Assembly: GCF_032116555.1 (NCBI RefSeq)
Contig: NZ_CP134949.1
Span: forward strand, 1,116,001-1,180,000
DNA length: 64,000 bases
Origin: Halorarum halobium
GTDB lineage: Archaea > Halobacteriota > Halobacteria > Halobacteriales > Haloferacaceae
Direction: 5' to 3'
Shown piece after piece: positions 56,810 through 64,000 of the stretch. The notes below the pieces were generated by a model. The model did not search any database and was not told the DNA's origin. It saw nothing but the letters and a program-made list of their open reading frames with translations. A program made the position numbers and the translations under genes. Within the stretch, counting starts at the first letter, position 1. Each line of letters starts with the position of its first letter.

Positions 56810-57484
56810 TCAGAACCGATCCCAGACCGCTCGGGCGGTCCCGGCGGGATCGGATATCGACCGCCGAGCGGCGGGGAGCAGGTCGTACTTCACGCCCCGG
56901 ACGCCCACGATGCCGAGTCCCGCGACGAGCAGTCCCGCGCCGACGATGCCGGGAACGCTCCCGAGCCCCTGCGTGAAGTCGGGTGCGACGACGGCGAGCA
57001 GGCTCACGAGCGCCACGAGCGCCAGGCCGACCTTCAGGAGGGCGTCCGAGATTCGCTTCCACCGGCCTGGTCGGTACTCGTCGGCGAGTTCGACCGCGAC
57101 GTGCTCTCGCCGCTCCTCGCGGGTCCGTAGCGGCACCCGTTCGAGCGTCGCCGTGTCGTCGGCGTCCACCTCCGCGCGCCGGTCGCGGGCGGCTTCGACC
57201 ACGGACTCCCGGTCGACGTCGTGGAGGGCTCGGATGCGTTCGACCGTGAGGGTCGCGTCCGCCAGCCGCGCCCGAAGTTCCGCTTGCGAGTGCTCCTGGA
57301 ACGCCAGTTCGAACTGTCGGTCGGGATACTCGACGAGGAGTTCGAAGTCGTCGACTCCCGCCGAGACCCGGGCCCGAATCTTCCGCTCGTCTCGTCGGCG
57401 TTTGGCTCCGTCGACGCCTTCGAACGCGGAGCGAAGGCGGTCGCGCTGAGTTCGGGTCAGGATCGAGGGGACCGGATCAGCCAT
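56810..57484 (-). CDS. Hypothetical protein with two C-terminal TM helices
   Basis: MADPVPSILTRTQRDRL...RKIRARV...DDFELL; two hydrophobic helices at the C-terminus. Confidence 0.7.
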   Translation of the reverse strand: MADPVPSILTRTQRDRLRSAFEGVDGAKRRRDERKIRARVSAGVDDFELLVEYPDRQFELAFQEHSQAELRARLADATLTVERIRALHDVDRESVVEAARDRRAEVDADDTATLERVPLRTREERREHVAVELADEYRPGRWKRISDALLKVGLALVALVSLLAVVAPDFTQGLGSVPGIVGAGLLVAGLGIVGVRGVKYDLLPAARRSISDPAGTARAVWDRF

Positions 57485-57699
57485 GGGTGCGTCCAGTCGA
57501 GTCGCATATTTCACTCTACTGTTCGGCCTGACGCGACCGAACCCCGGGCGATCAACGGGCCCGACCGGACGCTTCAGGCCCCCGGGTGTATGGTCGTACA
57601 CGATCTCGAATACTTCCCGTGTACGGCCGAACACGGCCGAAAACTGGAGATAACTGTCTCCGGGATCTATCCCGGTTCCGGCGGGAGGACGATCCGCCG

Positions 57700-58473
57700 A
57701 TGTCAGAACTTCATGACCGACTCGAGATGCTGGGGGCAAGCGCCGAGCGCGGGTCGCGGGCCCGGGCGTTCGCCGGCGCGCTCCTGCTCACGATCGTCGG
57801 ATCGGTGCTATCGCTCGTCGTTTACATGCTGTTCCGACCGGCCGTGACGGGGCTCTTGGAGCCGTCGTTTCCGGCGCTCGGGGCCCTCGTGCTCACCAAG
57901 GGATCACAGGTCGGGTTCGCCCTCATCGTCGGTGCGTACCTCGGACTCACGCGACGCTGGGACGAGTACGTTCAGCTGCGGTGGCCGAGCCTGCACGACC
58001 TGCTGTGGGTCGTTCTCGGGACCGCCGGCCTCGACCTCATGGCCGAAGCGAGCCAGCTCGTTCTCCCGCTTCTCGGGCTCTCCATCGGGCTGTTGTCCGG
58101 AACCGGTTCCGGCGGACTGGACGTCGGGCTCGAAACGTGGCCGGTGCTGTGGCCGCTCGTCTTTCTCGCCCTGTACCTGCTTCCCGCACTCGCCGAGGAA
58201 GGGTTCATCCGCGGCATCGTTCAGGGACGGCTCCGTGACACGTTTCATCCCGTCTGGGAGGTGGTGCTCGGCGCGGGGCTGTTCGCGCTCATGCACGGGC
58301 TGTACGGGGTCGGCCGGGGTCCGGAGTTCCTCGCGGCGTATCTGGTCCTGCTCTTCGGTCAGGGGCTGGCGTTCTGTCTGACGTACGAGCGAACGCGAAA
58401 CCTGCTCGTCGTCGCCGCGGTCCACGCCCTCTCGTGGACCGAGTTCGATGCTCTCTTCTTCGGGCTCTTCTGA
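57700..58473 (+). CDS. CPBP (Abi/CAAX protease) family intramembrane metalloprotease
   Basis: AEEGFIRG (EExxxR), FALMH, YERTRNL, VHAL; multi-TM. Confidence 0.88.
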   Translation: MSELHDRLEMLGASAERGSRARAFAGALLLTIVGSVLSLVVYMLFRPAVTGLLEPSFPALGALVLTKGSQVGFALIVGAYLGLTRRWDEYVQLRWPSLHDLLWVVLGTAGLDLMAEASQLVLPLLGLSIGLLSGTGSGGLDVGLETWPVLWPLVFLALYLLPALAEEGFIRGIVQGRLRDTFHPVWEVVLGAGLFALMHGLYGVGRGPEFLAAYLVLLFGQGLAFCLTYERTRNLLVVAAVHALSWTEFDALFFGLF

Positions 58474-58693
58474 GAGCGACGTGATCCGCAAGCCGTCTTA
58501 CGGACCGCGTCGTCGCGCTCCGTGGGTCGGCAGGGTTGGGCTCCGGGCCGGCGGTTCCATCCCTCCGGTTTCGTCGACTCCTCGGTACTGTGGCAGCCGC
58601 TCCGGGTCGAAACCGTCCCCGGACTCCACGTCAGGTCATCTCACCCGCCGTCGAACGCTTCACGGTTGTCGTTCGTCCCGGTCGGCGCGCGGG

Positions 58694-58819
58694 TCAGATC
58701 CCGAACCAGCGGAGCCCCGCACCGAGGAGGGCGACGAGTCCGCCGGCGACGAACGTCCCGGGGATGGGGAGCACGAACAGTCCGATGCCGACGAGGACGA
58801 CGAGTGTGGAGGCGCGCAT
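58694..58819 (-). CDS. 41-aa hydrophobic hairpin microprotein (not in ORF track)
   Basis: My translation: MRASTLVVLVGIGLFVLPIPGTFVAGGLVALLGAGLRWFGI*; GC3-rich codon use typical of the genome. Confidence 0.7.
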   Translation of the reverse strand: MRASTLVVLVGIGLFVLPIPGTFVAGGLVALLGAGLRWFGI

Positions 58820-59365
58820 CGGACGTGCATCGCGTTCTCGACCGATAGGACTGGTGGCCAGTTGGTGACACCGCCAAGCAGGTCGCGGCGTGTGGGGCCA
58901 CTGCGCGTGAGGGCGACTGGGGTCGCACGTCTCGGCACGTCACGGAAATCGAGGAAAATACAAAATTCCAGTATATTCCTTATCATTTTCATATCCGTTC
59001 GGGCGGCTGTCACTGTTCGAAGGGAGAGAACCCACGAGATGACTGAAATCTGGCGTTAAAAGGGCCAATGATGGTGTTCCTCAGATCGGGTTCCCTTTCC
59101 ACGCGAGATCGAGCATGTGGTCGATCGAATCACGGATATCCTCGATTGATGCTCTCAAGGCACCTGATTAGGGGCCTCAGGAGTCGTCACCCGCAGCCAA
59201 CCGGATCACGGCGTAAAGATACCGAAACTGTGGATATTCACAAACAGTATAGATTATTATACTTCTTCCGGCTCCCGTCTGAGCGGTTCCGGAGCCCCGA
59301 CCGAACTCCCGGCGGGACGACGAGGAGACGCGTACGTTTATCCTCGCTACCCCCGCAGCTACCCC

Positions 59366-60538
59366 ATGGCACCGGAGATCACGCGGATCGAGAGCACGGA
59401 GTTCGCCTACGAGCTGGCGGACGTCGGCACCGACGGCCTCGGGTTCAACCTCGCGTACGAACCGGGCGCGACCGTCAGGCGAAAGCTGTTCGCCGTGCGG
59501 GTCGAGACAGACGTCGGCATCACCGGCGAGTACGTCGGTGGTAACTCCCCGGCGGCGGCCCAGTACAACACGGTCGCGGACTACCTCGTCGGGCGCAACC
59601 CGCTCGCGCGCGAGCGCCACTGGAGCGAACTCAAGCGCGCGCTCCGCAAGTACGACCGGATGGGCATCGGCCCCATCGACGTCGCGCTGTGGGACTTCGC
59701 GGGGAAGTACTACGACGCGCCAATCCACGAACTGCTCGGCACCTACCGGGAGTCGATCCCAGCCTACGCCTCGACGTACCACGCCGACGACGACGGCGGC
59801 CTGGATTCGCCCGGCGCGTACGCTGACTTCGCCGAGCAGTGCCGCGACATGGGCTACGGGGGATTCAAGATTCACGGCTGGGGCGGCGAGCAGGGCGGCG
59901 TCGACGTCGACCGCGAGGTGGAGACGGTCCACGCCGTCGGCGACGCCGTCGGCGACGAGCTGGACCTGATGCTCGACCCCGCCTGCGAGTACGAGACGTT
60001 CGCCGACGCGCTCACCGTCGGCCGAGCCTGCGACGAGGAGGGGTTCTTCTGGTACGAGGACCCGTACCGCGACGGCGGCACCAGCCAGCACGCCCACCGA
60101 CGGCTCGCCGAGCGGCTCGACACGCCGCTGCTCCTGACCGAACACGTCCGGGGCATCGAGGCGCACGCCGACTTCGTGGCGAGCGGCGCGACCGACTTCG
60201 TGCGCGCGGATCCCGAGTACGACGGAGGGATCACCGGCGCGATGAAGCTCTCGCGGATCGCCGAGGGGTTCGGACTCGACGTTGAGTACCACGCGCCCGG
60301 GCCGGCACAGCGACACTGTCTCGCCGCGACGCGGAACGCCAACTACTACGAACTCGCGCTCGTCCACCCTGACTGTGACAACACCCAGCCCCCGGTGTAC
60401 GCCGACGGCTACTCCGATCAGCTCGACGCCGTCGACGCGGACGGACACGTCACCGTCCCCCACGGGCCGGGGCTCGGCGTGACGTACGACTGGGACGTGA
60501 TCGAGGCGAACCGGACCGGGAGGCGGGTGTACGAGTAG
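59366..60538 (+). CDS. Mandelate racemase/enolase-superfamily sugar-acid dehydratase
   Basis: IDVALWDFAGK, FKIH, LMLDP, WYEDP, LLLTEH, VRAD, PGLGV; adjacent to xac-like genes. Confidence 0.85.
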   Translation: MAPEITRIESTEFAYELADVGTDGLGFNLAYEPGATVRRKLFAVRVETDVGITGEYVGGNSPAAAQYNTVADYLVGRNPLARERHWSELKRALRKYDRMGIGPIDVALWDFAGKYYDAPIHELLGTYRESIPAYASTYHADDDGGLDSPGAYADFAEQCRDMGYGGFKIHGWGGEQGGVDVDREVETVHAVGDAVGDELDLMLDPACEYETFADALTVGRACDEEGFFWYEDPYRDGGTSQHAHRRLAERLDTPLLLTEHVRGIEAHADFVASGATDFVRADPEYDGGITGAMKLSRIAEGFGLDVEYHAPGPAQRHCLAATRNANYYELALVHPDCDNTQPPVYADGYSDQLDAVDADGHVTVPHGPGLGVTYDWDVIEANRTGRRVYE

Positions 60539-60560
60539 GGGGGAACGGCGGGACGCCGCG

Positions 60561-61325
60561 TCAGGAGTACGTGACGTTGAGCTCGATGACGTTCACGGTC
60601 TCCTTCAGCCGCTGGGCGAGTTCGTCCTCGAGGTACTCGCCCCGAACGCGGTTCGTGGGGCCCGACACGCTGACGGCACCGAGCACGCGCCCGTTGTTGC
60701 TGAGGATGGGCGCCGCGACACAGCGGAGCCCCCGGAGCCGCTCCTCCTCGTCGAACGCCAGCCCGCGGTCCCGGATCTCACGGAGTTCGGTGAACAGGCT
60801 GTCGCGGTCGACGATGGTGTTGGGGGTGAACCGTTCGAGGCCGTGGGTCGCGATGATCTCCTCGACCCGTTCTTCCGGGAGGTGAGCGAGGATGGCCTTC
60901 CCCAGCCCAGTGCTGTGGAGCGGGACGCGGGTGCCGACGTGGGCCTCGACCATGACGGCGTCCTCGCCGCGTGCCCGGTGGAGGTACGACCCACGGCCGT
61001 GTTCCTCGATCATCAGGTTGGCGAGTTCCCCGGTCGAGCGCGCGAGCTTGTCGACCTCGGGGTTCGCGATCTCGAAGATGTTGAGCCGCTGGCGCGCGTA
61101 CGCGCCGTACTCCAGGAACCTGATGCCGACGCGGTAGGTGGAGCCGTCCTTGACGACGAGCTCCTCCTGGTGGAGCGTGCTGAGGTAGTTGTGGACGGTG
61201 CTCTTGGGCATGTCGAAGTGGCGGGCCAGCTCCGTGCTCCCGGCCCCGTCGAGTTCGATCAGCGCGTCGAGGATGTCGAACGCCGTCTCGATCGACTTCA
61301 CGGCGTTCTTCGCTTCCTTCGCCAT
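60561..61325 (-). CDS. IclR-family transcriptional regulator (XacR-like)
   Basis: HTH MPKSTVHNYLSTL, LHSTGLGKAILA, FDEEE, RCVAAPI, SVSGP. Confidence 0.92.
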   Translation of the reverse strand: MAKEAKNAVKSIETAFDILDALIELDGAGSTELARHFDMPKSTVHNYLSTLHQEELVVKDGSTYRVGIRFLEYGAYARQRLNIFEIANPEVDKLARSTGELANLMIEEHGRGSYLHRARGEDAVMVEAHVGTRVPLHSTGLGKAILAHLPEERVEEIIATHGLERFTPNTIVDRDSLFTELREIRDRGLAFDEEERLRGLRCVAAPILSNNGRVLGAVSVSGPTNRVRGEYLEDELAQRLKETVNVIELNVTYS

Positions 61326-61359
61326 GCACCGACCTGCACAGCACGGGAGATAAGTCTTT

Positions 61360-61630
61360 GTTCAGCATCGCCCGACGCTCAACCTCACATCCGGCATTGA
61401 CACCGCGATGCCGAACGAACTCGCCGGGTGAGGGCGGAGTAGGTCCCCGTACGTGAACCGTCCCGCATTTCGAGCGTCGACCCAGAATCGCAACCGGACG
61501 TTCAGAAATGACGGACGAATTTACTTACAGAAGTAGGACTGTAATACCACCGCGGAGGGCGGCCGCATGTGCCCTTTTTCGGAACCGTGTTCCGTTCTCC
61601 AGCGGCGGCGTTCGTTCACTACTGTGGAAC
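61360..61630. promoter_or_regulatory. Cluster of GTTC-N9-GAAC-like palindromic sites upstream of the IclR gene
   Basis: Sites at 61360-61376, 61500-61516, 61569-61585 and 61614-61630 (perfect); another perfect site at 59015-59031. Confidence 0.5.
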
Positions 61631-61837
61631 GACTCCGCCGGATTCGACGACGTGGGCGGGTGTAAAGACGACTAAAAGGCGAGTTCCCGAGATGACCCGA
61701 CGGGCGAGATTCGGCTCGGCCTTCCGAGTGGACGCTCGCAGTAACTGCCGAGGAGCGACCTCGTGGCGCAAGTGGACCTGATCGGGAAACCGCGTGGACG
61801 AACGAGGGGGACGCGACCGGGCGGACGGGACCGCGAC

Positions 61838-62710
61838 TCAGACCGAGACGACCGGGTTGACCAGCGTCCCGACGTTCTCGATGTCGATCCGGACCTCGTC
61901 GCCGGCGGTCAGGCTGAACTCCTCGGGCGGGACGAGCCCCGTCCCCGTCATCAGGACCGCCGTCTCCGGCACCGAGTTGTGGTCACGGTAGTACGTCGCC
62001 AGCTCCTCGGGCGAGCGGACCATCCGCGCGGTCGAGGTCGAGTCGCTGAACACCGTCTCGCCGTCCCGGAGGATCTCCATCGACATCACGAGGTCGGCGG
62101 GATCGCCCACGGACGCCGGTGAGACGACGCACGGTCCGACCGAACAGCAGCGGTCGTAGATCTTCGCCTGCGGCAGGTACAGCGGGTTCTCGCCCTCGAT
62201 GTCGCGGCTGCTGACGTCGTTACCGACGGTGTAGCCGACGATCTCGCCGTGGTGTAACACGACGGCGAGTTCGGGTTCGGGCGCGTTCCAGTCCGAGTCG
62301 CCCCGAACGCCGACGGCCTCCCCGGGGCCGACGGTCCTGCTCGGGGTCGCCTTGAAGAAGATCTCGGGACGCTCGGCGTCGTAGACGTTCATGTAGATCT
62401 CGGCCATCGAGCTCTCCTGTTCGCGCGCCTTCTCGCTGATCTCGTAGGTGACGCCCGCCGCCCAGACTTCGTCGGCCCGGACCGGACACAGCAGGTCGGA
62501 CGCGAGGTCGCCCCGGGGGAGTTGCTCGGCTCCGGCGAGTCGGCGGCGCGCGATGTCGTCGACGGGCTCGCCGGCGAGGGAGGCGGCTCCCGCGAGGTCC
62601 CGAAACCCGGTGAGTCCGGGGTGGGTCGACGTGAGATCATACACCCCGTCGCCGTCGTCGACGACGAGTCTCCGGACTGCCCCCTCAGCTGCGAGCTGGT
62701 AGTACCGCAT
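61838..62710 (-). CDS. xacE: 2-keto-3-deoxy-pentonate (xylonate) dehydratase, FAH family
   Basis: Start MRYYQL; EVWAAGVTYEISEKAREQES, RPEIFFKATPSR, PEPEL, GNDVSSRDIEGENPLYLPQAK closely resemble haloarchaeal XacE as I recall it. Confidence 0.85.
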   Translation of the reverse strand: MRYYQLAAEGAVRRLVVDDGDGVYDLTSTHPGLTGFRDLAGAASLAGEPVDDIARRRLAGAEQLPRGDLASDLLCPVRADEVWAAGVTYEISEKAREQESSMAEIYMNVYDAERPEIFFKATPSRTVGPGEAVGVRGDSDWNAPEPELAVVLHHGEIVGYTVGNDVSSRDIEGENPLYLPQAKIYDRCCSVGPCVVSPASVGDPADLVMSMEILRDGETVFSDSTSTARMVRSPEELATYYRDHNSVPETAVLMTGTGLVPPEEFSLTAGDEVRIDIENVGTLVNPVVSV

Positions 62711-62730
62711 ACAGGAGACTCCAAGCAGTC

Positions 62731-62742
62731 GTATAAATAAAT
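62731..62742 (-). promoter_or_regulatory. TATA box of xacE
   Basis: TTTATTTATAC on the minus strand about 21-32 nt upstream of ATG 62710. Confidence 0.6.
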
Positions 62743-62890
62743 AGTGGTCAGTGGTCCGGCCGCTGTCAGGTACGGCCGGAACCGCTCGTGCCGGCAGCGA
62801 CGCCGGCCTGACACGTGGATGGGGGTCCGACCGCCGAACTCGGGTCCGGCCACCGAAAGACCCAATATCGCGGGTGGGGCAGGTGATGGT

Positions 62891-64000
62891 ATGCCAGAAC
62901 GTGACGGAAACTTCATCGACGGCGCGTGGACACAGGCGGAGTCGGGCGAGACGTTCGAGGTCGTGAACCCGGCACGGACCGACGAGGTCGTCTCGACGTT
63001 CCCGCTCTCGGACGAGTCGGACGCGGCGCGAGCGGTCGAGGCCGCCCGTGCGGCGGCCGACGACTGGGCGAACACGCCCGGCCCGGCCCGCGGGAAGATT
63101 CTCCGCGAGGCCGGGTCGCTGCTGGAGGACCGACGCGAGGACCTGGTTCAGTTGTTGACCCGCGAGGAGGGGAAGACCCACGACGAGGCGCGGCCGGAGG
63201 TGGTCCGGACCGTGGACATCTTCTACCACTACGCGGAGAAGGCGGCCGACTACGGCGGCACGGTCAAGGCCGCGAACTCGTCGCGGAAGACGCTCCACAC
63301 CCGGAAGGAGCCGCTCGGCGTCGCCGCGCTGATCACCCCCTGGAACTACCCCATCGCCATCCCGGCGTGGAAGCTCGCGCCCGCGCTCGCGGCCGGGAAC
63401 ACGGTCGTCATCAAGCCGGCCACCCAGGCACCGACGGTCGCGGCCGAAGTGGTCGGCGCGCTCGAGGAGGCGGGGCTCCCCGACGGCGTGGTGAACCTCG
63501 TCACCGGCCCGGGCAGCGCCGTCGGCGAGGCGTTCACGACCCACCCCGAGGTCGACGCGGTCTCGTTCACGGGGAGCGGCGTCGTCGGCACCGAGGTGTA
63601 CCGCGGCGCAACCGCCGAGGGCAAGCGCGCGCAGGCCGAGATGGGCGGGAAGAACCCGACCGTCGTGATGCCGAGCGCCGACCTCGACGAGGCGGTCTCC
63701 ATCGTGGGCGCCGGCGCGTTCGGCGTGACCGGCCAGGCGTGTACCGCCTGCTCGCGGGCCATCGTCCACGCCGACGTCTACGACGAGTTCGTCGCGGGCA
63801 TCGTCGACTACGCCGAGTCGCTCTCGGTCGGCGCGGGCGACGAGGGCAACGACATGGGGCCACAGATCAGCGAGGGCGAGCTGGAGGGGACCCTCGACTA
63901 CGTCGACGTGGCGAAGACGGAGGGCGCGACCCTGGCGACCGGCGGCGAGCGGCTCGAGGACGGCGAACACGCTGACGGCTTCTTCGTCGAGCCGACGGTG
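62891..64000 (+). CDS. xacF: Aldehyde dehydrogenase, alpha-ketoglutaric semialdehyde dehydrogenase-like (3' truncated by window; not in ORF track)
   Basis: My translation: MPERDGNFIDGAW...ITPWNYPIAIPAWKLAPALAAGN...FTGS...AEMGGKNP...TGQACTA; divergent from xacE. Confidence 0.82.
   Translation, partial: MPERDGNFIDGAWTQAESGETFEVVNPARTDEVVSTFPLSDESDAARAVEAARAAADDWANTPGPARGKILREAGSLLEDRREDLVQLLTREEGKTHDEARPEVVRTVDIFYHYAEKAADYGGTVKAANSSRKTLHTRKEPLGVAALITPWNYPIAIPAWKLAPALAAGNTVVIKPATQAPTVAAEVVGALEEAGLPDGVVNLVTGPGSAVGEAFTTHPEVDAVSFTGSGVVGTEVYRGATAEGKRAQAEMGGKNPTVVMPSADLDEAVSIVGAGAFGVTGQACTACSRAIVHADVYDEFVAGIVDYAESLSVGAGDEGNDMGPQISEGELEGTLDYVDVAKTEGATLATGGERLEDGEHADGFFVEPTV

Noticed and set aside
58940..59330. 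AT-rich stretch as IS remnant or hidden gene
   Set aside because: No terminal repeats, transposase-like translation or ORF with haloarchaeal composition; better explained as a regulatory spacer.
59366..60538. Naming the enolase-superfamily gene xacD
   Set aside because: Context fits, but the sequence does not match my recollection of XacD; symbol withheld pending a search.

Overview
High-GC (roughly 70% by eye) haloarchaeal (Halobacteria) chromosomal segment, judged from strongly acidic proteins, archaeal marker genes (TFS, Trm56, Rpp21/Rnp4, SBDS, Rad3/XPD) and mostly leaderless transcripts with TATA boxes about 25-30 nt upstream of the start codon. About 65 genes, mostly housekeeping or metabolic: glycerol utilisation (glpK, GlpA-like), cofactor repair and synthesis, fatty-acid/acyl-CoA catabolism, a chemotaxis transducer, an ABC exporter, two GT4 glycosyltransferases and, at the right end, the start of an oxidative pentose/sugar-acid (xac-like) cluster. 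I found no rRNA, tRNA, CRISPR array or transposase. The most striking non-annotated signal is a family of modular, palindromic intergenic elements present at least five times (about 3.1, 6.4, 18.5, 50.7 and 55.4 kb). They have conserved asymmetric ends (GGGTGGGACTGAAAGGGG ... GGGGCTTTCGAGG), stems whose sequence differs between copies but stays paired, an internal cassette found in both orientations relative to the ends, duplicated half-ends and GNA-triloop mini-hairpins. Other items of interest: a small membrane protein coupled to a 3-TM transducer (possible split sensor), a membrane-tethered ArsR regulator paired with a subtilase lacking the catalytic Asp, a deacetylase/formyltransferase pair, two frameshifted genes (one with apparently compensating frameshifts), two micro-proteins absent from the ORF track and GTTC-N9-GAAC operator-like sites around the IclR regulator. 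Product names come from recognising motifs and families by eye; no database search was run.
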